In this document: positions 29,266-38,879 of the stretch, one piece after another | How the letters are laid out: each line of letters begins with the position of its first letter | How positions within the stretch are numbered: position 1 is the stretch's first letter | Assembly (NCBI GenBank): GCA_964456285.1 | Contig: CAYWBC010000014.1 | Coordinates: 1-64,000, forward strand | DNA length: 64,000 nucleotides | Reading direction: 5' to 3' | From: an uncultured Bacteroidales bacterium | Lineage (GTDB): Bacteria > Bacteroidota > Bacteroidia > Bacteroidales > UBA10428 | Program-made: the position numbers and the translations under genes | Notes under the pieces: model-generated | Told to the model about the DNA's origin: nothing | Database searches by the model: none | The model's input: only the letters and a program-made list of their open reading frames with translations

Positions 29266-29745
29266 ATGCATAGAAAAAACAACGAAATAACTGATAAGAG
29301 CATAATTAATGAAATACTGAACAAATCAGAAATATGCAGGGTAGCAATTTCTGACAATGAATTCCCATACATTGTTCCTTTTAATTATGGTTATCATGAA
29401 AATGCCCTGTACTTTCATTCGGCTACAAAAGGTAAGAAGATTAACCTGATCCGGAAAAACAAGAAGGTATGTTTTGAAATAACTTACTCTTCAGAAATAG
29501 TTAAAGGTGAATTTGCATGTGATTGGTCTACTAAATATCGCTCAGTTATTGGCTATGGTACTATTGAGATAATTTCTGACCTGCAGGAAATGGAAAAGGG
29601 GCTGGATGTGATCATGGAGCATTATGGAAAAACAGAGAATAATGCATACAGTGAGAAAAGCATTAAAAATATGCTTATTCTCAAACTCAGTATTGAAAGT
29701 CTGACAGGAAAACAATTGGGTGACTGGACTAATACTTCAACTTAG
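29266..29745 (+). CDS. pyridoxamine 5'-phosphate oxidase family protein (FMN-binding split barrel, NimA-like)
   Basis: The segment ...CRVAISDNEFPYIVPFNYGY.ENALYFHSATKGKKINLIRKNKKVCFEI... is a typical PNPOx-like split-barrel N-terminus. Length is 159 aa. Confidence 0.7.
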   Translation: MHRKNNEITDKSIINEILNKSEICRVAISDNEFPYIVPFNYGYHENALYFHSATKGKKINLIRKNKKVCFEITYSSEIVKGEFACDWSTKYRSVIGYGTIEIISDLQEMEKGLDVIMEHYGKTENNAYSEKSIKNMLILKLSIESLTGKQLGDWTNTST

Positions 29746-29860
29746 TTTACCGGTTTCTATTATTAAATCCTCACACATTATTCCCTGCAATGAAAATTTC
29801 ACTTCATACAAAGTGTAATGAATGTATCATTTTTGCTAATTTTGGTTCCTTTCACACACA

Positions 29861-31042
29861 ATGAATAAACCGATTGTCAGCATTGCAGGGAAGCAGGGAC
29901 CGTTCGAAAACGTTGTTAAGGCGTTATCAACACTCGATCTGAGCAGAATAAAAGGAAAATCTGTTTTAATAAAACCAAATATAGGCAGGGCAGCCAGTAT
30001 AGGTCGTGGATACAATACACACCCACAAGCTATTGCCGGAGTAATAGAAACAATACAACAGGCCGGAGCATCTAAAATAGCTGTTGGGGAAAGTCCTCTG
30101 GTGGGTATTGATACAATGGGAGCATTTAAAAAAGGTGGAGTAACCGATGTTGTGGAAAAATACGGTGTGGAGCTAATCGACTTTGATCAGCACAAACCCA
30201 TAAAAAAAGAAATTCTTGCCGGCCGTGTATTAGAAAGTACAAAAATATGTTCACCGGTTTTCGAATATGATTTTAAAATTTCAGTACCCGTTGCTAAAAC
30301 ACATATGCATACCGGGGTTACTCTTGGTATAAAAAATATGAAAGGCTGTTTGTACCGCCACGAAAAAGTGCGTTACCATCAAATGGAATACCTCAACAAG
30401 GAATTTCCGGAAAAAACACTTGATTCTGCCATTTCTGATCTTGCTACAATATTATTACCGGACCTAACGGTAATTGACGGATACATCGGTATGGAAGGTC
30501 TGGGACCATCAGGCGGAGAAGCCAAACAATCTGATTTTTGTGTAGCCAGTTGGAATCCTTTGGGTGCAGATATTTATGGCTGTATTTTAATGGGACTCGA
30601 TCCCAAAGAGATACCACACTTAAGATTGGTTTCTGAACGATGCAAATTACCATTAGAGCAGAATGCCTATGAAGTGTTTCCCGAAAAGTATGAAGAGTTC
30701 ATTTCCCCCTATAAGGCTCCTCCCACCAATGTATCACTTGAATTTGAAAACATAAAGATTTACGATAAAGAATCCTGCAGTGCTTGTCAATCTACTCTAA
30801 TGCTTTTTTTACGTCGTTTTAAGGAGGATATGACTCCCTATGTTTTACACGATGGGAAATTTCATATTGCAATTGGAAAAGGTGTTGATGATGCGATAGA
30901 AGGAACATTGTTTGTGGGCAATTGCACCCGTTTCATGAAAGACAAAGGAGTAGTAGTAAAAGGATGTCCGCCTGTACCTACCAGAATTTATGAAGCCATT
31001 ACAGGACGTGAACCCGACGAAAACGAACCGGAGGTAGAATAA
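29861..31042 (+). CDS. DUF362-like protein with C-terminal Cys cluster, hypothetical
   Basis: A VLIKPN motif is characteristic of DUF362. C-terminal CSACQ...GNCTRF...GCPP cysteines are present. Confidence 0.4.
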   Translation: MNKPIVSIAGKQGPFENVVKALSTLDLSRIKGKSVLIKPNIGRAASIGRGYNTHPQAIAGVIETIQQAGASKIAVGESPLVGIDTMGAFKKGGVTDVVEKYGVELIDFDQHKPIKKEILAGRVLESTKICSPVFEYDFKISVPVAKTHMHTGVTLGIKNMKGCLYRHEKVRYHQMEYLNKEFPEKTLDSAISDLATILLPDLTVIDGYIGMEGLGPSGGEAKQSDFCVASWNPLGADIYGCILMGLDPKEIPHLRLVSERCKLPLEQNAYEVFPEKYEEFISPYKAPPTNVSLEFENIKIYDKESCSACQSTLMLFLRRFKEDMTPYVLHDGKFHIAIGKGVDDAIEGTLFVGNCTRFMKDKGVVVKGCPPVPTRIYEAITGREPDENEPEVE

Positions 31043-31100
31043 GTTATTCTCTCACCCCTTCAGAGTGATATATAAGTACGAGCTATATCCTGGGGCGATG

Positions 31101-31235
31101 CCTTTGTGTTCGAAATCTATAATTGTTAATTTTAGCATGCTGTAATCTGGCCCTGAAAGGGCTCTAACCGAAGTAAAATTACAAAAAGTATTTTGTTATA
31201 TAATGTAGTTGAAATGAAGGTTTCGAACACCAAGG
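31101..31235. repeat. 15-bp imperfect inverted repeat (CCTTTGTGTTCGAAA / TTTCGAACACCAAGG) enclosing a 105-nt segment with an internal hairpin
   Basis: The 10-bp perfect core GTGTTCGAAA (31106-31115) pairs with TTTCGAACAC (31221-31230) and extends to 14/15. The internal hairpin is GGCCCTGAAAGGGC (about 31149-31162). The element sits in a convergent intergenic gap. Confidence 0.4.
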
Positions 31236-31283
31236 GTTTCACCCTGAGGGAAAAACCAGCAACAGAAGTAACTCAAAAATCTT

Positions 31284-31811
31284 CTATATAGAAAAGAACA
31301 CCTGAACTCTGAATAAGGGCAACCAATACCACTTGCCATTGTAAATATCATCCAGATTTGCAGCTTTCCACTCCTGTCTTTCCCTCACCTGTAAAATAAA
31401 TCCCAGATCGAGGTTAACTCCAAACCAGTTGCTTATTCCAAATTCCCTTCCTACTGCCAGGTTTAAATACGAAAAATGATATATCCGATCAGCAGCTATA
31501 CTTTTAACCTGAGTATATCCCTGACGTGCGTACCAAGCCGGCCGGTTGGTGTAAAATCCATGATTCCCGAAATGTATCATATGATCCAGGCTCCATGTAG
31601 TAATCGTCTCAGGATAAGCTCCAACATCACCACCATAATAAGCCCCAAGCTGGGTAAAATCTGTGTACTGATACCTTATGCCTCCATGCAAAAATTCTCT
31701 TGCAGATATACCTCCTACAAAATCAAGTCTTGTTTTAATAATTTGTCCGTAGCTTTCGGACATAGAAAATAGCAGAAAGATGAAAATAATGTAAGATTTG
31801 ATTTTAAACAT
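31284..31811 (-). CDS. small outer-membrane beta-barrel protein, hypothetical
   Basis: A signal peptide MFKIKSYIIFIFLLFSMSESYGQ is present. The protein has alternating aromatic/hydrophobic strands and a C-terminal ...RVQVFFSI aromatic terminus. Confidence 0.5.
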   Translation of the reverse strand: MFKIKSYIIFIFLLFSMSESYGQIIKTRLDFVGGISAREFLHGGIRYQYTDFTQLGAYYGGDVGAYPETITTWSLDHMIHFGNHGFYTNRPAWYARQGYTQVKSIAADRIYHFSYLNLAVGREFGISNWFGVNLDLGFILQVRERQEWKAANLDDIYNGKWYWLPLFRVQVFFSI

Positions 31812-31835
31812 ATTATTAATTCTTAATGCAATTTA

Positions 31836-32606
31836 TTAATCATATTTCTTTGCTTCCTCCCAAATTTCATTCATCTCCTCAAGTGTCATCATTTTTAACG
31901 AACGACCTTTCTTAATGGTTTGTTCTTCAAGATAATTAAATCGTTTAATAAACTTGCGATTTGTGCCTTCCAAAGCATTTTCAGGATCAACTCCATACAA
32001 TCTGGCAGCATTCACTACTGAAAAAAGAAGATCGCCAAACTCTTTTTCCATCTCGAGCTGATTCCCTTTTTTAACTTCCTGGGTAAGCTCATTTAGTTCT
32101 TCATTAACCTTGTCCCATATCTGCTCACGCTCATCCCAGTCAAATCCAACTGCACGCACCTTATCCTGAACCCGGTTGGCCTTAATCAATGCAGGCAATG
32201 AAACTGGCACACCGGCAAGCACAGATTCCACTCCTTCTCGTTGTTTCAATTCCTCCCAGTTTTTCGATACATTTTCAGAGCTGTTCTGTACATCTACATC
32301 ACCAAAAACATGGGGATGTCTGAAAATAAGTTTCTCACATAAACTGTCAATAACATCGCCTATATGAAAGTATTTATTCTCAGAAGCAATTTTAGCATAG
32401 AACACGATATGTAACAAAAGATCACCGAGCTCTTTTCTTATTTCATCCTTGTCATTTTTTGTAATTGCCTCTGCCAATTCATAGGCCTCTTCCAGGGTTA
32501 AATTCCTAAGTGTTTCAAAAGTTTGTTCACGGTCCCAGGGACATTTTTCCCGCAATTCATCCATTATCTCCAACAATCTTCTAAATGATTCCAGCTTCTT
32601 CTCCAT
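31836..32606 (-). CDS. mazG: nucleoside triphosphate pyrophosphohydrolase MazG
   Basis: Tandem MazG domains carry EEAYELAEAI..LGDLLLH and EFGDLLFSVVNAARLYGVDPE. Length is 256 aa. Confidence 0.9.
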   Translation of the reverse strand: MEKKLESFRRLLEIMDELREKCPWDREQTFETLRNLTLEEAYELAEAITKNDKDEIRKELGDLLLHIVFYAKIASENKYFHIGDVIDSLCEKLIFRHPHVFGDVDVQNSSENVSKNWEELKQREGVESVLAGVPVSLPALIKANRVQDKVRAVGFDWDEREQIWDKVNEELNELTQEVKKGNQLEMEKEFGDLLFSVVNAARLYGVDPENALEGTNRKFIKRFNYLEEQTIKKGRSLKMMTLEEMNEIWEEAKKYD

Positions 32607-32617
32607 ATTGTATACTA

Positions 32618-33430
32618 TTATTCCCCTGTAAGTGTTAATTTACTACCCGGCTTTTCATCATAAAATTTAATTCTTATGGCTGAGCTTATTTTTAAATTCA
32701 GTAAATCAACAGCAGCTCCATGGTTTATAGCAACCTCCAGCAAATCCACAGAATTAAAAATTGCCAGCAATTCTCCCGACATTGAATCTTCATAGGTTTC
32801 ATTTATTTTATCAATACGATAGTGATTGCTCTGAATAAAAATTTCATAAGGCTTCCCCTGACCTATCTTCTCAAAAGTCTCTTTTGTAACATTTGTAATG
32901 GCATTAGAAAAAGAATCGATATAAATTACACTGCCATTGATCAGGTTTTTATCAATTACAGGACGCAAAGGTACCTGCCTTTCATATTCCTTAACAGGAT
33001 CACAAAATTTATTAAAATCGTCGCCATTAATAATATGAAAAGCGGTTTTTATAAATGTATCAATACTTAGAAAATTACTATTAAACTCTGATTTCTTAAT
33101 CTTGTATACTGCCTCTGGTGCATCAGAAGAAAGCAAACCGCAAATTCCATTGTCAGTGGTTATGAAAAAATGATTCTCAATTTTTAGTATCAGCAAAGAT
33201 TTTTTGTGAGTCAAGGCTGCGTTCACAGCAATTATGTGTATAGTACCTTCCGGAAAATTTGAATAGCAATTGCGTATAACAAATGCTGCCTGCATAACAT
33301 TAAAAGACTGGATTTGATGATTAATGTCCACTATTTGAGTTGCAGGATCAATAGTAAGAATTTTCCCCTTTACTGCACCAATGTAGTAATCGCTCTTATT
33401 CCAATCAGTTGTTAAAGTTATTATAGACAT
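32618..33430 (-). CDS. SAM hydroxide adenosyltransferase-like protein (DUF62 family)
   Basis: An N-terminal MSIITLTTDWNKSDYYIGAVKGKIL matches the ITLLTDFG..D.YVG..KG.I signature of this family. Length is 270 aa. Confidence 0.65.
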   Translation of the reverse strand: MSIITLTTDWNKSDYYIGAVKGKILTIDPATQIVDINHQIQSFNVMQAAFVIRNCYSNFPEGTIHIIAVNAALTHKKSLLILKIENHFFITTDNGICGLLSSDAPEAVYKIKKSEFNSNFLSIDTFIKTAFHIINGDDFNKFCDPVKEYERQVPLRPVIDKNLINGSVIYIDSFSNAITNVTKETFEKIGQGKPYEIFIQSNHYRIDKINETYEDSMSGELLAIFNSVDLLEVAINHGAAVDLLNLKISSAIRIKFYDEKPGSKLTLTGE

Positions 33431-33524
33431 TTAAGGGAATGTACAGGTTCAAATTAATTGAATATCTTTAAAAAATAGGTTTATTTTGTAAGGCTTAAAA
33501 GTACATATAATTGTCAAATTTTTT

Positions 33525-34487
33525 ATGATCGAAAAGTCGATATATTTAGAAGGTGTTGATCCGGTAAACGTTTATGGTGTCAATAATGTACTTCTTAATA
33601 AGCTTGCATCCCGTTTTCCAAAATTAAAAATTGTTGCCCGGGGGCATGAAGTAATAGCCATTGGTGATGAAAAAGAAATTCCTCTGTTTGAGGAAAAACT
33701 GGACCTGTTAATAGCTTTCTATCACAAATACAATAAGCTGACAATTCAGGATGTAGAGGATCTTCTTGAAGCAAATGATGATTCCTGGATCGCAAAAAAA
33801 CTGGAAAAAACTGATATCCTGGTTTTTGGGAATCATGGAAGAGAAATAAAGGCAACATCGGTAAACCAGCAAAAACTAGTTCAGGAGTACCTTGCCAACG
33901 ATATGCTTTTTGCACTTGGTCCTGCCGGAACAGGAAAAACATATACAGCTATTGCGCTTGCTGTACGCGCGCTCCGAAATAAGGAAGTTCGAAGAATAAT
34001 TCTTTGTCGCCCGGCTGTAGAAGCAGGAGAAAACCTTGGATTTCTTCCTGGTGATATGAAGGAGAAACTTGATCCATACCTTCAGCCACTTTATGATGCC
34101 TTACGCGATATGATCCCTGCAAAAAAACTATTGACATACATTGATGATGGTACCATTGAAATTGCCCCACTAGCTTATATGCGCGGCCGAACTCTCGATA
34201 ATGCATTTGTAATTTTGGATGAAGGTCAAAATACTACCATCAACCAAATGAAGATGTTTCTTACCCGCATGGGCAAAAATGCAAAATTCATAATTACCGG
34301 AGATACAACACAAATAGATCTTCCTAAAAGTCAGAATTCAGGTTTATTACGCGCACTCGAATTATTAAAAAAAATATCTGGAATAGCCATCATTCATTTC
34401 GATATAAGGGATGTGGTTAGGCACGATCTGGTAAAGAAAATAATTGAAGCATATAGCAATCCCAAACAAGATATAGTAAATAATTGA
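33525..34487 (+). CDS. phoH: PhoH family ATPase
   Basis: Walker [12 protein letters not shown] is followed by [16 protein letters not shown] and ILDEGQN. Confidence 0.9.
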   Translation: MIEKSIYLEGVDPVNVYGVNNVLLNKLASRFPKLKIVARGHEVIAIGDEKEIPLFEEKLDLLIAFYHKYNKLTIQDVEDLLEANDDSWIAKKLEKTDILVFGNHGREIKATSVNQQKLVQEYLANDMLFALGPAGTGKTYTAIALAVRALRNKEVRRIILCRPAVEAGENLGFLPGDMKEKLDPYLQPLYDALRDMIPAKKLLTYIDDGTIEIAPLAYMRGRTLDNAFVILDEGQNTTINQMKMFLTRMGKNAKFIITGDTTQIDLPKSQNSGLLRALELLKKISGIAIIHFDIRDVVRHDLVKKIIEAYSNPKQDIVNN

Positions 34488-35452
34488 ACAATAAATCTTA
34501 TACGATGCAGGCATTAACAAAAACTAATTTTACTTTTAAAGGCCAAAAGGGAATATACCATGGCAAGGTCAGAGACGTTTACAATATAAACGATGAAATA
34601 ATGGTCATGATTGTATCAGATCGTATTTCAGCATTTGATGTCGTATTGCCTAAAGGAATTCCTTATAAAGGTCAGGTTCTGAATCAGATAGCTTCAATAT
34701 TTCTAGATGCAACTTCCGACATTGTTCCTAACTGGAAAATTGAATCTCCTGATCCAATGGTAACTGTGGGCCATTTTGCGGAACCTTTTAAAGTAGAAAT
34801 GGTTATTCGCGGATATCTCACAGGACATGCATGGCGCGAGTATCGTGAAGGCAGTAGAAATTTGTGTGGAATTCCTTTGCCTGAGGGAATGAAGGAACAC
34901 CAAAAATTTGAAAAACCCATCATTACTCCTACAACTAAAGCCAGTGAAGGACACGATGAAGATATTTCCCGGGAAGAAATCATTTCAAGCGGTATTGTTG
35001 CAGAAGAAGATTATGTGAGACTTGAAGAATACACAAGCAAGTTGTTCCAGCGAGGAACTGAAATGGCTGAAAAGATGGGATTAATTCTTGTTGATACAAA
35101 ATATGAATTCGGAAAAAAAGATGGAATGATTTATCTGATCGATGAAATTCACACACCAGATTCCTCTCGCTATTTTTATCGGGGAGGGTATGAGGATCGA
35201 TTTAATGCAGGTGAACAACAAAAACAATTATCAAAAGAATTTGTTAGACAATGGCTTATTAGTAATGGCTTTCAGGGTAAAGAAGGACAAAAAATACCGG
35301 AAATGTCAGATGATTTTATTGAAGAGGTAAGCGAAAGATACATTGAACTTTTTGAAAACATTACTGGTGAAAATTTCATAAAAGCAGATGATTCAAATCT
35401 TGAGCAGCGAATAGAGAATAATATCAATGCTTTTCTTTCTAAATCAGAATGA
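34484..35452 (+). CDS. purC: phosphoribosylaminoimidazole-succinocarboxamide (SAICAR) synthase
   Basis: A 4-bp overlap with phoH is present. YHGKVRDVY...VSDRISAFD and [10 protein letters not shown]...[12 protein letters not shown] are canonical PurC blocks. Confidence 0.9.
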   Translation: MNNKSYTMQALTKTNFTFKGQKGIYHGKVRDVYNINDEIMVMIVSDRISAFDVVLPKGIPYKGQVLNQIASIFLDATSDIVPNWKIESPDPMVTVGHFAEPFKVEMVIRGYLTGHAWREYREGSRNLCGIPLPEGMKEHQKFEKPIITPTTKASEGHDEDISREEIISSGIVAEEDYVRLEEYTSKLFQRGTEMAEKMGLILVDTKYEFGKKDGMIYLIDEIHTPDSSRYFYRGGYEDRFNAGEQQKQLSKEFVRQWLISNGFQGKEGQKIPEMSDDFIEEVSERYIELFENITGENFIKADDSNLEQRIENNINAFLSKSE

Positions 35453-35517
35453 ATCAGTTTCAATACAGATACAATTAATTCCTTACATCAAAAAATGATT
35501 AATATACCTCATCCCTA

Positions 35518-37482
35518 ATGATTAATAATACAAAAATTTCCTTACTCACAGTGGTTGGAATTATTTTCAGTTTTATTTCCATCTTAAATGCTCAAAATAT
35601 TTCTCCTGTAATTGAAAAATCAAATCAAAAAGTAATATACAAGGGGGAGATATATTACATACATAAAGTAGCTAAAGGCAATACACTATTTTCTATCTGC
35701 AAAGTATACCAGGTTACTGAAGAAGATATTAAAAAAGCCAATCCTTCTGCTATTTTAAATCCTCTGAGTATTGGTCAGACACTAAGAATACCTGCAGATT
35801 CTAAAATTGCATCTGTCATACAAACTGATGTTCAGACAACAACGAAAGAAAATAAGGATTTTATATTCCATATAGTACAGGCAGGAGAAACTTCCTCTTC
35901 TCTTCACAGAAAATACAAAGTACCGTTGGCAGCTATTTACAAATACAATCCTGAAAGTGCATCAGGAATTTCCATTGGACAGACTATTAAAATTCCTAAG
36001 CAACATCTATTGAAACCACAGCCTGCTGCAGAGGATACAATTCAAAAAAAGACTATTTATTATACTGTTCAGCAGGGAGATACCTTATATCGGATTGCAA
36101 AGGATTATGGAATTTCGGTATCTGCACTTATCCTGGCGAATGAAGAATTAAGATGGGGATTAAAAACAGGTCAGGTTATTATTATTCCGCCATATTCTGA
36201 TTACGGTAGTTTGACATACAGTAGTGCTCTTGATTCAATTCTGTTGGTTTCTGAAATGGCAAGACTATCGATTCAACAGTGCGATTCAATTGCATCGGCA
36301 TACAAAATGCGAACTGCAGTTAAAGTTGCTTTGGTTCTTCCTTTTTTCGCTGATGAAAAATTTAGCCATGATTATAATTCAGATAATGACACTCTTGACT
36401 CTATAGATATACACCAAAAACAAAGTCACTTTAAAGGTCGTGTCGCAGTTGAATTTTATGAAGGTTTATTACTTGCTATTGATAGCCTTAAGGAAAGAAA
36501 TATTGACATTAATCTCTTTGTATATGATTCGGAAGCTGACACAAACAAAGTAAAAAAGATAATTGGTGATTTGGAAATAATACAACCGAATCTTATTCTT
36601 GGCCCCTTTCTCCCTGATAATGTAGCTTTAATGAACAAGTTTTCTACTGAAAAAATGATCCCTTTTGTTCCCCCTCTTATGAAAGATGACTCTACTCTCA
36701 GGCATAATCCTAATCTTTTTCAGGTATTGCCTTCTCATATTAGTGAATTGGAAATCTGGTCGGATTATTTATCTGAGAATTATAATGAAAATATTTTGTT
36801 TATCTGCAAGCGCAATTTATTTAAGCAAGCTGAAATTGACCAATTTAAAACCGTGCTTCTAGAGAAACTTAAAGATAGATCAGATGGTGATACATTGAGA
36901 TTTACTGAGATTCACATAAATGATACATTACAATATAATATAAGTAAGTACTTATCTGATTCACTTGAGAATATTGTAATCGTAGCTTCTTCTTATGAAC
37001 CTGAAGTTAGCGATGTACTAACAAAATTGTATTTTGTTCATAAAACAAAAAAGATCAAAGTTTTTGGTATGCCCATATGGCAAAAGTTTAAAAGCATTCG
37101 AATAGATTATTTTCATGATATGAATGTGGAAATATATTCTCCTTTTTTCATTGACTATAACGATTTACAGGTGAAGTCTTTTGTTGCAAAATGCAGAACT
37201 GCATTAAAATATGAACCTTTTATGACTACATCAAAAGGGACAGGTTTAAATTATACCTTCCTGGGATATGATTTGGGAACATTTTTTATTTCAGCACTAA
37301 AAAAATATGGAGAAGTTTCGTGTGATTGCATCCGGTATTATCAGCCTGATTTGCTTCTTTCGTCATATTCATTCAAAAAAAATAAAATTTATGGATTCAA
37401 CGAAAATACAAGTATTAGTATTATTAAATATACCGAAGACATTAGAATTGAAAGAAGAAAAATAGAAAGTTCAGGAAATTAA
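35518..37482 (+). CDS. secreted protein with three LysM domains and a C-terminal periplasmic-binding-protein-like domain
   Basis: After the signal peptide there are LysM repeats (YYIHKVAKGNTLFSICKVY..., FHIVQAGETSSSLHRKY..., YYTVQQGDTLYRIAKDY...). About 400 aa of alpha/beta PBP-like sequence follows. Confidence 0.65.
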   Translation: MINNTKISLLTVVGIIFSFISILNAQNISPVIEKSNQKVIYKGEIYYIHKVAKGNTLFSICKVYQVTEEDIKKANPSAILNPLSIGQTLRIPADSKIASVIQTDVQTTTKENKDFIFHIVQAGETSSSLHRKYKVPLAAIYKYNPESASGISIGQTIKIPKQHLLKPQPAAEDTIQKKTIYYTVQQGDTLYRIAKDYGISVSALILANEELRWGLKTGQVIIIPPYSDYGSLTYSSALDSILLVSEMARLSIQQCDSIASAYKMRTAVKVALVLPFFADEKFSHDYNSDNDTLDSIDIHQKQSHFKGRVAVEFYEGLLLAIDSLKERNIDINLFVYDSEADTNKVKKIIGDLEIIQPNLILGPFLPDNVALMNKFSTEKMIPFVPPLMKDDSTLRHNPNLFQVLPSHISELEIWSDYLSENYNENILFICKRNLFKQAEIDQFKTVLLEKLKDRSDGDTLRFTEIHINDTLQYNISKYLSDSLENIVIVASSYEPEVSDVLTKLYFVHKTKKIKVFGMPIWQKFKSIRIDYFHDMNVEIYSPFFIDYNDLQVKSFVAKCRTALKYEPFMTTSKGTGLNYTFLGYDLGTFFISALKKYGEVSCDCIRYYQPDLLLSSYSFKKNKIYGFNENTSISIIKYTEDIRIERRKIESSGN

Positions 37483-37490
37483 ATACATTC

Positions 37491-37970
37491 CTAATTATAC
37501 AATAGAATTGCTATTGCAAATACCAGGCTAAACATTCCTAAAGATATAATAGCAGCATTGTATACAAATTGTTTTCTCCGCATCAGCTTATAAGACTGTA
37601 TCAAATTATTGAACCTAAGTATAAGCTGCTCCAAACCTTTTTTACTTTTAATAAAGTAATCACAAGCACCCCATTTTATTGATCTTACTGCTATATCAAC
37701 ACTGGCGTCTGATGAAAAGAAAAGAAAATGTGTATTTGAATATTGTTGTTTATAACTGATAAGAAAATCCAAACCTGAAATATGGTATTCTTTCATTGCA
37801 TGATCAAGAATAATAATATCAGGTATCTCATCAGATTCCAGGCAAGCCTCACAGGTTTCGAAAGTACGCAGGTTAGAAAATTTTAATGCATTGAAACAAG
37901 TATCCAAAATTTTTCTGTAACCTGAATTACTATCAATGATATAAATTAATGGGTTTGCAGGGTTTTTCAC
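37491..37970 (-). CDS. single receiver (REC-like) domain with C-terminal transmembrane tail anchor
   Basis: A REC-like layout is seen (IYIIDSNSG; IIILDHAMKE with the putative acceptor Asp; FFSSDAS; ACDYFIKS). The C-terminal helix is AAIISLGMFSLVFAIAILLY. The first acidic pair is D-S rather than D-D. Confidence 0.5.
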   Translation of the reverse strand: MKNPANPLIYIIDSNSGYRKILDTCFNALKFSNLRTFETCEACLESDEIPDIIILDHAMKEYHISGLDFLISYKQQYSNTHFLFFSSDASVDIAVRSIKWGACDYFIKSKKGLEQLILRFNNLIQSYKLMRRKQFVYNAAIISLGMFSLVFAIAILLYN

Positions 37971-38130
37971 TTCTCTGAGAATATAGGATACTATACAAAA
38001 TTAAGGACTGAGAAGTAATTAATCGAATACTTGAACCTCTATTTGATAAAGCATGTCAATTCATGTATCAACATTAAATTTTTATATATTATTGACTCCA
38101 TTCAGACACCAAATATTAAAAACTTAACTC

Positions 38131-38865
38131 TTAGATTTGCTCTGCAACTGAAGCATCAAGATACCAATCCAGAAAACCATTTTGGGCTTGTATTTTAGCC
38201 GCCGGATATTGTTTAGATTTATCCTTATTGATTATATGACTGATTACTTCCTGCTTATTTGCCCCTGTAGCCAGAAAAGTAATCCGTTTTGCCATATTCA
38301 AAACAGTTCCAGTAAGAGTGATCCTTTTTTGTCCAGATTCAGGATGGATGCTAATCCCGCAGATTTTATCAGAAGTTATTAAATCTAACTGGTTTGGGAA
38401 AATTGAAGCAGTATGTCCATCCTCACCTAAACCCAGAAAGATCCAGTCAAAAATTGGAATCCCACCTTTCTTTTCAATAAGTTTTTGAAGCAGGTTTGAA
38501 TACCTTCCAACTTCTACATCAGGATCATTTTCTCCTTCGATACGATGAATATTTGATTCAGGTATGTTTATTTTGCTAAACAAAACTTTATTTGCGCTTC
38601 CATAATTGCTCTCTTTATGGTTTGGTGGTACACAGCGCTCATCTCCCCAAAAAAAATGAATTCTTCTCCAATCCATTTTGTTTGCCTTCTGTTGATCGAA
38701 ATCACTAAGGCATTTAAAAAATAAGGTAGGTGTATTTCCCCCGGATAAAGCAATATTCAACTTATTTCTTGTAAGTAAACAGCTATTTACATATCGATAA
38801 AACTCCTCTGACAATGATTCTGCCATTGTTTCAGGTGTGGTGAAAATCTTTACTTCAGGTTTCAT
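38131..38865 (-). CDS. pgl: 6-phosphogluconolactonase
   Basis: The protein has the GlcN6P-isomerase/6PGL fold (LSGGNTP..., ...GLGEDGHTASIFP). It lies directly downstream of zwf. Confidence 0.8.
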   Translation of the reverse strand: MKPEVKIFTTPETMAESLSEEFYRYVNSCLLTRNKLNIALSGGNTPTLFFKCLSDFDQQKANKMDWRRIHFFWGDERCVPPNHKESNYGSANKVLFSKINIPESNIHRIEGENDPDVEVGRYSNLLQKLIEKKGGIPIFDWIFLGLGEDGHTASIFPNQLDLITSDKICGISIHPESGQKRITLTGTVLNMAKRITFLATGANKQEVISHIINKDKSKQYPAAKIQAQNGFLDWYLDASVAEQI

Positions 38866-38879
38866 ATTTGTGTAAATTC

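Noticed and set aside
31234-31260. Hairpin GGTTTCACCCTGAGGGAAAAACC as a terminator for the flanking convergent genes
   Set aside because: There is no U-run on either strand after the stem, so it is kept only as part of the structured-element observation.
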